In this document: one piece after another, positions 48,206-56,804 of the stretch
Layout of the letters: the number at the start of each line of letters is the position of its first letter
Numbering within the stretch: the first letter of the stretch is position 1
Source of the DNA: Methanomicrobiaceae archaeon UBA206
GTDB lineage: Archaea; Halobacteriota; Methanomicrobia; Methanomicrobiales; Methanoculleaceae
NCBI GenBank assembly: GCA_002503105.1
Contig: DAQY01000028.1
Location: forward strand, 4,524-68,523
DNA length: 64,000 bases
Direction: 5' to 3'
The notes under the pieces: generated by a model
Databases searched by the model: none
What the model saw: the letters and a program-made list of their open reading frames with translations, nothing else
What the model was told of the DNA's origin: nothing
Translations under genes and position numbers: made by a program

Positions 48206-48269
48206 ACCGCTCTTTCCTCCTCCGTCACTATCGTACAGGGCAAATAGTACTTCCGTCCAAGCTGAGGGT

Positions 48270-49700
48270 ATGAAGATGCTTATCCGCGGAGAATGGACGG
48301 ATGGGTGCAACGAAGAGACGTTTGAGGTCCGAAATCCCGCAACTGCGGCGCTGGTCGATCGCGCACCGCTCGGATCGGCGGAGGATGTCGGGAATGCGGT
48401 CGATGCGGCGGACGAAGCGCTCAACGGCTGGTCTGTGCTCCCGCCACGGGACCGTGGGAGGATCCTGTTTCTGGCCGCTCGGACCGTCCGCAACCGGAGC
48501 GCCGAGCTCGCCGCGCTGCTGACGGCCGAACAGGGGAAACCGTTCCAGGAGGCGGTGGACGAGATCCGTGGATTCGCACAGGTCCTCGAGTACTACCACG
48601 CCCTCCCGGCATCGCTCCACGGCGGCTACCTGACGCTCCCCCCGTACGGCCACGCGCTCGTCGCGCACAGGCCTCTTGGCGTATGCGGCGCCATCATCCC
48701 CTGGAACATGCCGGCGATCCTCATGGCCTGGAAGGTCGGTCCGGCGCTCGCGGCAGGCAATACGCTGGTGCTGAAACCCGCATGCGCCGCGCCGCTGACC
48801 TGCCTCGCGCTCGCCGGGATCCTCCAGGATTCGGGACTCCCGGCAGGCGTCCTGAACGTCGTGACCGGAAGCGGCGAGACCGTAGGGCGTGCGATCACAC
48901 GGCATCCGGCGATCAGGAAGGTTTCCTTTACCGGCGAGGTCGAGACGGGGCGGCAGGTGGCAATGGACGCCGCACCCACGATGAAGCGGGTGACGCTCGA
49001 ACTCGGAGGGAGCGATCCCATGATCGTCTGCGACGATGCCGATATAGCAGACGCGGTCGAGGGCGCTGTCAGAGGGCGGTTCTATAACTGCGGGCAGACC
49101 TGCACCGCAGTGAAACGGCTGTACGTCTTTGAATCGGTCGCCGAAGAGTTTATCCGGCGGCTGACCGCACGCATCGCGTCGCTGCAAGTCGGCAACGGCA
49201 TGGAAGAAGGCGTGGATATGGGACCGCTGATCAACGGGGCGGCGCGGGAGAGGCTGATCCGCCTGGTCGATGCGGTGCGGAAGCGGGGCGAAGGGAGAAT
49301 CGTGACCGGAGGAGGGGTGCCCGGTGGCGGAGGGTACGAACGGGGCTCTTTCTACCTGCCGACCCTCGTCACCGATCTCCCTTCAGATTCGGTGCTCTTT
49401 TCAGAGGAGGTCTTCGGGCCGGTGCTGCCCGTCGCGACCGTATCGGATCTCGATGACGCCATAGAGCAGGCGAACAGCACCCGCTACGGTCTCGGTGCTT
49501 CCATCTGGACGAAGAATATCGAGACCGCTATGAGGGCCGCAGACGAGATCCGGGCGGGCATCGTCTGGGTCAACCAGCACCTCCGGATCCCGCCGGAGGT
49601 GCCGCTCGGCGGCGTCAAGGAGAGCGGCATCGGCAGGGAGAACGGATACAGGGCGCTTGAGAGATACCTTGAGGAACGAGCCATATTAATCAAACCGTGA
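48270..49700 (+). CDS. NAD(P)+-dependent aldehyde dehydrogenase
   Basis: IIPWNMP, FTGEVETG, LELGGSDP, catalytic GQTCTA, EEVFGPV. Confidence 0.9.
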   Translation: MKMLIRGEWTDGCNEETFEVRNPATAALVDRAPLGSAEDVGNAVDAADEALNGWSVLPPRDRGRILFLAARTVRNRSAELAALLTAEQGKPFQEAVDEIRGFAQVLEYYHALPASLHGGYLTLPPYGHALVAHRPLGVCGAIIPWNMPAILMAWKVGPALAAGNTLVLKPACAAPLTCLALAGILQDSGLPAGVLNVVTGSGETVGRAITRHPAIRKVSFTGEVETGRQVAMDAAPTMKRVTLELGGSDPMIVCDDADIADAVEGAVRGRFYNCGQTCTAVKRLYVFESVAEEFIRRLTARIASLQVGNGMEEGVDMGPLINGAARERLIRLVDAVRKRGEGRIVTGGGVPGGGGYERGSFYLPTLVTDLPSDSVLFSEEVFGPVLPVATVSDLDDAIEQANSTRYGLGASIWTKNIETAMRAADEIRAGIVWVNQHLRIPPEVPLGGVKESGIGRENGYRALERYLEERAILIKP

Positions 49701-49796
49701 TCCCGGGTGCGCGAAGAGGTGACGGGGCTGGCCTGTGCGGCTCACTCTGCCGGGAGGAGGACATCCCTTCCCGGCGCAGGAGTTTTGGAATGTCAA

Positions 49797-50069
49797 CTAT
49801 ACGCGGTTTTTCACCCACCGGGCGTATTCTACACGCAGTTTTTCGAGGTCGTGTGCGGAGAGGTCTTTCTTTCCCGTCCTGTGCAGGAACGATTCGAGCT
49901 GGCGGACGATATTCTCCGCATCCCGGTAATCATTGACATCCAGGTACTTCGGTACTCTGGTGACATCGATCGCCTCGCCGCAGATATGGCAGAGTCTCCA
50001 GCGCTGAAACCGGTCCACATAGGTGAATGTTCTGCAGCCCGGACAGCGTATCACGAGATACATATTCAT
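49797..50069 (-). CDS. small zinc-ribbon protein (DUF1922-like)
   Basis: Internal ATG 50069. MNMYLVIRCPGCRTFTYVDRFQRWRLCHICGEAIDV (CxxC...CxxC). Confidence 0.5.
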   Translation of the reverse strand: MNMYLVIRCPGCRTFTYVDRFQRWRLCHICGEAIDVTRVPKYLDVNDYRDAENIVRQLESFLHRTGKKDLSAHDLEKLRVEYARWVKNRV

Positions 50070-50099
50070 GCCAATGTGCGGGTGCGGAGTTAAAAAAAC

Positions 50100-50885
50100 T
50101 TGCCGTTCGCCGCATCGCCGGTTATTCCACAGTCGTTCACCCGGACGGCGGCGCGACCGGAAGGACGAGGGTATTGGCGGCCCGACAGGGGCCGGCAACA
50201 ATCCCTCTCTTCCCCCAAACAGAAAATCTCTCCGAAGCGGTCCCAAAACGCCCAATGAGGCCGTGCAGAGCAGAGGCTCGACCGATGACAATCGCTCTGC
50301 CCGAAATCCTCCCTGCCGACAGTAACATGCTGAAATTTTCCGAGAGGTCATCCCAAAACTCCTGTGCCGGGAGGGGGACACCCCCTCCCAGACATCGAAG
50401 GTGCCAATAGCATCTTCTCGAGCTCTCCCTCCGGTCGCAGCTCGAAACCCTTCGAGTTTCTCAAGCTACCATTCGCTCGCAGCTCGCACCTGGCGGTGCT
50501 CATGCGACGGTCCACTTCCCGGAGATGTTGCAGTGAACTCCGGACAGGGATATTCTGGCAAAGTCCGGCAGGTCGCTGTCTGTATGTGGGTTTCGACGGG
50601 GCCGATTGCGGGACAGGTCCGTCCCGGACGATGGACCGGGTTGCGAATCGCCACGGGGGACGGGGACAGGAGCATGAGAAGACTTCCAGTCGCCGATACG
50701 GGAGGCCCGCGGGTCGGTGCGTCGCCACCTCCCGCTCACCACGCGGAGTACTGAACGGGACCCTGACCTGATCACCGCGTTGAGTGATATGAATGAGCAT
50801 GGAGGGGATACTTCGCCGCCCATCGGCCGCGGGCAACGGTGCAGATGAGGGCTCCTCTGACGCGCTCCATACCTTCGGGATGCCG
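50100..50885 (-). mobile_element. relic of the IS-like repeat family (mainly minus orientation, with one inverted fragment)
   Basis: Module 1 at 50443-50470 (-) and module 2 at 50341-50389 (-), including the hairpin GGGAGGGGG-ACA-CCCCCTCCC. The downstream reading FWDDLSENFSMLLSAG...AIVIG... follows. Inverted module 1 at 50668-50687. Confidence 0.45.
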
Positions 50886-50890
50886 ACTAC

Positions 50891-51859
50891 TCATTCGGAT
50901 AGGAGAGAGAACAGGTCTTTGAGATCTTTTCGGAGCGGTTTTTTCTTCATCCAGGTGTCCTTCAGCGGAGTATATGTGATCTCTCCCCGCACTTCGCCGA
51001 CCATCCACCCTTCTCTGCCGTCCAGCAGCGCCGTGACCGCAGCGACGCCCAGCCTGCTCCCGAGCACCCGATCACGCACCGTGGGCGGACCGCCGCGCTG
51101 AATGTGCCCCAGGACGCAGACCCGGGATTCGATATCCAGGTACTTCCGAACCTCGCGGGCGATCTGGAAGCTGATGCCCGGATTCCTCCCTTCAGCCACC
51201 ACGACGATGGCATGTTTCTTGCCGATCCCGAAACCCGTCTGGAGGCGTTGTGCGATGCGTTCGACGGCTATCGGCTCTCCGGGGATGATCAGCTCCTCTG
51301 CGCCGCCGGCGATCCCGCTTGTAAGGGCGATGAAACCGGTATCGCGCCCCATGACTTCCACGAAGAAGAGACGTTCGTGGGAGCGGGCCGTGTCGCGGAT
51401 TCGGTCGATCGCCTCCAGCGCACAGTTCGCCGCAGTATCGAAACCGACGCAGTCGTCGGTGCCGTACACGTCGTTATCGATACTCGCCGGCACCCCGACG
51501 AGCGGCATTCCGGATTCTTCGGCGAGCAGCGTGGCGCCATGGAACGTCCCCTCCCCTCCGATGAGAATCAACCCGTCCAGGTTCTCCCGTTCCAGTACCT
51601 CCACCGCCTTCACCCTGCCCTCCCGTATCCTGAACTCCGGGCATCGGGAGGTCTCCAGAATGGTACCGCCCAGGTGAATGGTATTGCGGATGGCCGTCCT
51701 GTCCAGCGGCATCAGGTCGCCCCGTATGAGGCCGGTATAGCCCCGGCGTATCCCGAAGATCTCCAGTCTGCTGGCCAGGGCGGCACGGACTGCGGCGCGG
51801 ATGATGGCGTTCATGCCCGGCGCATCGCCGCCGCTGGTTAAAATCCCGATTCTCTCCAT
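50891..51859 (-). CDS. pfkA: 6-phosphofructokinase, PfkA (bacterial) family
   Basis: IGILTSGGDAPGMNAAIR-type N-terminus, IGGEGT, PASIDND, MGR, HIQRGG. Confidence 0.85.
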   Translation of the reverse strand: MERIGILTSGGDAPGMNAIIRAAVRAALASRLEIFGIRRGYTGLIRGDLMPLDRTAIRNTIHLGGTILETSRCPEFRIREGRVKAVEVLERENLDGLILIGGEGTFHGATLLAEESGMPLVGVPASIDNDVYGTDDCVGFDTAANCALEAIDRIRDTARSHERLFFVEVMGRDTGFIALTSGIAGGAEELIIPGEPIAVERIAQRLQTGFGIGKKHAIVVVAEGRNPGISFQIAREVRKYLDIESRVCVLGHIQRGGPPTVRDRVLGSRLGVAAVTALLDGREGWMVGEVRGEITYTPLKDTWMKKKPLRKDLKDLFSLLSE

Positions 51860-51910
51860 GGAAACCTCCGCCTCCCCGCCTCCGGGTCGGCATCCCGGAG
51901 GCCTGCGGCG

Positions 51911-53104
51911 CTATGCCTCCTGCAGCGCCTCCACCCCGGGCAAGGGTTCGCCTCCCAGCACCTTCAGCGCAGCCCCTCCCCCGGTCGAGACGTGCGTGAT
52001 CCGATCCGCAAGCCCCATCTGTGCAACCGCCTCCGCCGTTGAACCCCCTCCGATCACGGTCGTTCCCGGGAGGGCCGCCAGATCGGCCGCAATACGCCGG
52101 GTTCCTTCAGCAAATTCCGGAACTTCGAAGACGCCCATCGGTCCGTTCCAGACGACGGTCGCACACCGGGAGAGCTCACGGGAGAACTCATCGATGGTTT
52201 TCGACCCGATATCGGCGACGATCCAGCCTTCAGGAATCTCCGTCACGGGCACTGTCCGGGTACGTGCGCCTGCCTCCAGCCGGTCTGCCACAACGACGTC
52301 CTGCGGCAGGAGAAGGCGCACCTGCAGGGTTTCTGCCCTGTCCGCAATACGCCTGACGGCATCCAGCCGATCGGTCTCGACACGCGAAGCCCCGACGTCG
52401 TACCCTCTGCTCCTGATGAATGTCGACGCCATGCCGCCGCCGACGAGGAGCAGGTCCACTCTCGTGATGACATTGTCCAGAACGCTCAGTTTGTCGCTCA
52501 CCTTGGCGCCACCTATGACGGCAGCAAAAGGTCTCTGCGGGCGTTCCAGTATGTTTCTGAAGGTTTCAAGCTCGTTCTCCAGCAACAACCCGGCCACCGC
52601 CGGCAGATAGTTCGGAATCCCGACCACCGATGCGTGCGCACGGTGGCATACCGCAAATGCGTCGTTGACATAGATATCTGCGAGATCGGCGAGTGTTTTT
52701 GCGAATGCAGGGTCATTTGCCTTCTCCTCGGGATGAAAACGGAGGTTCTCCAGCAGGACGATGTCGCCTTCCGCCATGTGCGCCACCGCCGCCTCCACCC
52801 CGGGACCGATGCAGTCGAAGAGAGCGGTGACCGGCCTCCCCCCGATCAATGCTGACAGCTGTTCGGCCACCGGAAGCAGCCGCAGGCGCTCCACCACCCG
52901 TCCTCCCGGGCGATCCAGATGCGAACAGAGGATGACCCGTGCATGGTGCTCCAGCAGGAAACGGATTGTCGGCAGAACAGCCCGAACACGAGTATCATCA
53001 GTTATTTCGCCAGCTTCATTCAGCGGAACGTTAAAATCGGCGCGGACCAGCACCCTTCTTCCCTGCACGTCAACGTCCAGGATCGATCTCTTGCGCATAT
53101 CCAC
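51911..53104 (-). CDS. pgk: phosphoglycerate kinase, bacterial-type
   Basis: Collinear with bacterial PGK as I recall it: VRADFNVP, DDTRVRAVLPTI, SHLDRPGG, NDAFAVCHRAHAS, GGAKVSDK, WNGPMGVFE, STGGGA. Confidence 0.9.
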   Translation of the reverse strand: MDMRKRSILDVDVQGRRVLVRADFNVPLNEAGEITDDTRVRAVLPTIRFLLEHHARVILCSHLDRPGGRVVERLRLLPVAEQLSALIGGRPVTALFDCIGPGVEAAVAHMAEGDIVLLENLRFHPEEKANDPAFAKTLADLADIYVNDAFAVCHRAHASVVGIPNYLPAVAGLLLENELETFRNILERPQRPFAAVIGGAKVSDKLSVLDNVITRVDLLLVGGGMASTFIRSRGYDVGASRVETDRLDAVRRIADRAETLQVRLLLPQDVVVADRLEAGARTRTVPVTEIPEGWIVADIGSKTIDEFSRELSRCATVVWNGPMGVFEVPEFAEGTRRIAADLAALPGTTVIGGGSTAEAVAQMGLADRITHVSTGGGAALKVLGGEPLPGVEALQEA

Positions 53105-53659
53105 CCACCCTCACGATCGGGGACCAGCACGGGAGACGGTTCACCCGCCGGAGAAAACCCCGACGCTCGTCCCCAGCATCCGTCGGGTTCTCCGCTGCCG
53201 CACCAGGCCCAGGAGTGGTGCCCCGTACCGACGCCCCCCTCGCACGCTCTTCTCCACCGTTTATGTGCATGCGTACGCGATGCCATATAATGCTATTGTC
53301 CCGCTCACCATACGTCCCGTAACATGCTTTTTCGCGGCCGGCTGCGGTCCGCGCGTCCAGTGCGATGCGAGAGGGGGTGTCAGGCCGGCGATGGCACTGC
53401 GTCGTGGAGAGAGATCCTCCTTTCCCGAGATCGGCGCAAGAACCTTTCTGGCGCCTTCCATCATGATCCTCTCCAGACCCGTGACCTCCCGGGCCCCTCC
53501 CTGACGCATTCTCCCCGGATCCCCTCTGGCCGGCAGGAAACTGCATTTCAGTCTCTTTCATCAAAAAGAACGGGAAAAATTTTGACGGATATGTATCGGA
53601 ATACCCTGCTCCGTCCGCAGATACGAATCTCCCCGGCGGGTCCACTCCGGGGGGAGGTC

Positions 53660-54300
53660 GTTCCGTAACTTTCCAGAACACGATCGCGCATGCGATGTGG
53701 ATCAGCCCCCGAATGAGTGTTCGTACCGGGGCATGCTCTTCTTGAACACTTCGATCCGGCTGAAGAACCGTTTCACCGCTCTTCGTTTCCTGAAGAGTTC
53801 CGGATCGAACCCGGTTGTGTCTTCCTTGCTTCGGGTGATTCCGATTCCCCGTGTTTATGGGATATTATCCTCGTCTACGGTTTATAATGCCGGATCTCCC
53901 GGAACTCCTGAATGCCTCCACGGCCGGGCAGTACAGCCGGGAATCGTGGATATTCGCCGGGGAAACCGTACACGCGAACTGGATGCGATTCCGATCGACC
54001 GGAACGTTCAGCTGGTTCCCTTTGTATTTTCGAGGTTATCCCGTAATGCCTGTGAGGCCGTGTCGCCACAGGCCCGACCGACGAAAGATCGATGATCGAC
54101 AGACCGGCAACGACCTGCTGAACGTTTCCCGAGAGGTCATTCAAAACTCCTGTGCCGGGAGGAGGTCCCCCTCACGCATGAAGATAGCCCCAGCATGCCC
54201 TGATCGAGGTTTTCGGTCGGTATATTCATGGAACACATAGCACCGAAAAGTGTATGTCGTCCCAAAATGGTCTGCAGACCTGGTGCATCTCGATCGGAAT
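53660..54300 (-). mobile_element. IS5-family DDE transposase pseudogene (heavily frameshifted)
   Basis: Minus-strand readings across frames: GVLNDLSGNVQQVVAGLSIIDLSSV; PRKYKGNQLNVPVDRNRIQFACTVSPANIHDS; VDEDNIP; RGIGITRSKEDTTGFDPELFRKRRAVKRFFSRIEVFKKSMPRYEHSFGG-LIHIACAIVFWK. The last is the IS5-type Y..R..VERfF..lK.fR.iatRYeK tail. Confidence 0.55.
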
Positions 54301-54379
54301 ACATACATGCAGGTTTTCTGTCATCTGGCCCGTAGCAGATGTCAGAATGTGAGATCGGCTTTAACCTTGGTATCGCCAC

Positions 54380-54470
54380 GCGGGGGGGGGAGGGGCCAGG
54401 AGGGGGACACCCCTGCCGGCAAAAATGTTTTGGGACAATCCGTGCTCAAGCTCCGTCCTCCGGCAGTCGC
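54380..54470 (+). mobile_element. inverted fragment of the same repeat (module 2) preceded by a G9 tract
   Basis: G9 at 54382-54390. GGAGGGGGACACCCCTGCCGGCAAAAATGTTTTGGGACAATCCG at 54399-54443, then CTCAAGCTCCG. Confidence 0.4.
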
Positions 54471-54549
54471 CGCCCCGTCCCCGCCTCACGAGATACTCCT
54501 CTCGGTCCACACCCTGCCCCGCATGTGGGTAACGCATTCCGCCGGATCC

Positions 54550-55788
54550 CTACCCGGTCTCCAGCCCCATCGCATCGGCCAGTCGGAACTCCGCCTCGAA
54601 CGAGTTCATCAGGTCGAGGTGCTGCTCAAGGCTTCGCGTGAGGAGGAAGTGCCGGCGGACGGTCTCCCTCGCCTCCTTCCCCAGCCGTTCCCGCATCTCC
54701 TCGTCTCTGATCACCTGGACAATCCGCTGCGCCGCCTCCTCGACGGATGAGACCAGAAAGCCGTTGACGCCATCCCTGATCTGGTACCTGATGCCGCCCG
54801 TGTTCCCCCCGATGACCGGCGTACCCTTCCACATCGCCTCCGCAACCGTCAGGCCGAACCCCTCGCGGATCGATTTCTGCAGAACGACCGCAGCCCGCCT
54901 CTGCAGTGCGTTCACCAGCGCACCGTCCTGGCGGCTGAGGATAATGGTGCGCTCATCCTGTTCGGAGAGCAGCGATTGATACACCTCCCCGCCTTCCGGA
55001 TCGTCCGTCGCCACGTTTCCCAGCAGGACCAGCGTGCAGTCCACCTCCCTTCTCGCCAGTTTGAATGCCTGAATCACGCCTTTCGGGTCTTTCCAGTGGT
55101 CGAACCGGGAGATCTGCACAACCAGGGGAAGGTCGGTGGGGATGGCATAATGCTCCAGACGCTCGTCGATCTCCTTCTCGCTCATCTCCTGATTTGTGAT
55201 GGAGAAGGGATCGATGGCAGGCATGAAGAAGAGCTGGGGGACGTTCAGGCTCTGTCGGTAGTCCCTGGTGCTGAAGATGACCGCATCATACTGCTCGATG
55301 AATGGCACTATATAGTTCCAGAGTTCCGGGTTCGGCGAGGTGAGATCGAGGTGGCAGCGCCACACCCAGGGACATTTTTTCCGGTAGTGGGTGATCAGGG
55401 GGAGGGGCTGCGGGTCGTGAATGAAGATCACGTCGTGGTCCAGGTGGTTTCTGACGGCGTTTTCATGGATGACCTGTTCGTAGATCTTTTTCTTTCGCCC
55501 GGTCAGGTTTATGTCGTCCCCCTGCAGGGCGTTGTGGAACTTCTTGGTCACGCTGAAGAAGTCGGGGGATCCGTGAACCACCCTCCACCCCGTCTTAATA
55601 CCCAGACTGTTCATCAGGAGCGTGAGCGATGACAGGAACTGTGATACGCCGCCGCCGTAGTAGGTCGAATTGAAATGGAGTACATGGAGGTCCCTGAGCG
55701 TTCTCGCCTTTGTTTCAATGCGCCGAACGGTCTCCGATCCGACGTACCGCTTATAATCGTTTACCTTGACCATGGAATCTGTTATCAT
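54550..55788 (-). CDS. treT: trehalose synthase TreT-like glycosyltransferase (GT4)
   Basis: LHFNSTYYGGGVSQFLSSL...FFSVTKKFHNALQG...ISRFDHWKDPKGVI...SIREGFGLTVAEAMWKG, 412 aa. This matches my recollection of TreT. Confidence 0.75.
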   Translation of the reverse strand: MITDSMVKVNDYKRYVGSETVRRIETKARTLRDLHVLHFNSTYYGGGVSQFLSSLTLLMNSLGIKTGWRVVHGSPDFFSVTKKFHNALQGDDINLTGRKKKIYEQVIHENAVRNHLDHDVIFIHDPQPLPLITHYRKKCPWVWRCHLDLTSPNPELWNYIVPFIEQYDAVIFSTRDYRQSLNVPQLFFMPAIDPFSITNQEMSEKEIDERLEHYAIPTDLPLVVQISRFDHWKDPKGVIQAFKLARREVDCTLVLLGNVATDDPEGGEVYQSLLSEQDERTIILSRQDGALVNALQRRAAVVLQKSIREGFGLTVAEAMWKGTPVIGGNTGGIRYQIRDGVNGFLVSSVEEAAQRIVQVIRDEEMRERLGKEARETVRRHFLLTRSLEQHLDLMNSFEAEFRLADAMGLETG

Positions 55789-56804
55789 ACCACAAACCCC
55801 CAGCAGCCGATGAAACCACCATACGGACGGGTCAGATACCTGTGACCCGCCGCCGTCTCCACACCGCTCCGACGATTCAGGGCCGCGTTATGCCGGCGGC
55901 ACTGCGCGGCGGTATCCCGTTCGGCCGGTCAGCATCAACGCCGGATGCCCCCGGTATGCCCGTCTCCGGCACAGGTGTCTTTTTAATGTTCTGGACTCTT
56001 CACGTAAAAAGATCTCGGGTATCTCCATGTCGTTCGGGACACACCCCGGACCGGATCGTCCCATAATCATACTGGCCCTTGAATGAGATCCGCGCCGTAT
56101 GGCGTTCCTGGAGATCGATGACGAACTCCCGGGCGATCATCAACCGACGTCTCCCCCTGTCAGAGGTCGTCCCGGAAGTATCCGGGGATGCCGGATCGAT
56201 TCGGATCAGAGCATTCCCGATCAAGGGAATCAACAGAAATGGGGCGCAATGGGCGTCAGATCGCGAGCACGGTCTGTGTCAGGCGATCTTCTTGCAGGGT
56301 AGTGCGACGAGCGACGGGTGTCCGAAGGCCTTCGAGCTGTGACGGTCCGGAGGACCGGAGCTTGAGAGCCTGAGAAGACACCGGGCGGGTAGGAGCGCTG
56401 CGGCAGCATGCCCACGCCCAGATCGGCCGCAACACCGAGTACTTCGCCATCCTCGGTGACCAGATCCGCCAGCCGCTCCGGGTGATCCCCGGCATCGGCG
56501 ACACCGTCGGGCGGTTCGATCAGGGCCAGGTCGAATCCAGGAAAGTCAGCCGGTACGTCGAACGGTACGGGCGGGTGACCCGAGCGACGCCACGGGAACG
56601 CGACCATCGCGGCGAGGGCGTCCGCGTGCCGGGTGCCCACGTCTCCTCTCGCCCATGCGCGACGCTTCGGCCGCCTATCGGACCGCCAGGGCGGCATGCG
56701 TACCGATGATTCACGCAGGGTCTGGCGTCGGGTCTCGTCCGGAAGGGGACGTGCGGGTTGAATCAGGTTTAAGAGTGTGGAGGCGACAGGGGATCGGAGG
56801 CCCC

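Noticed and set aside
9571-56400. Possibility that the dispersed repeats are a CRISPR array or a tandem array
   Set aside because: Copies are kilobases apart, occur in both orientations, have variable length and lack regular spacers. No cas genes are in the window.
56230-56697. 155-aa minus-strand ORF between treT and the P-type ATPase. Its central part (HADALAAMVAFPW...FDLALIEPPDGVADAGDHPERLADLVTEDGEVLGVAADLG) looks protein-like.
   Set aside because: I recognise no family. The C-terminal third is repeat module 1 sequence (56355-56380) and the N-terminus is Arg-rich. It may be a gene stub truncated by the repeat, but I cannot support a call.
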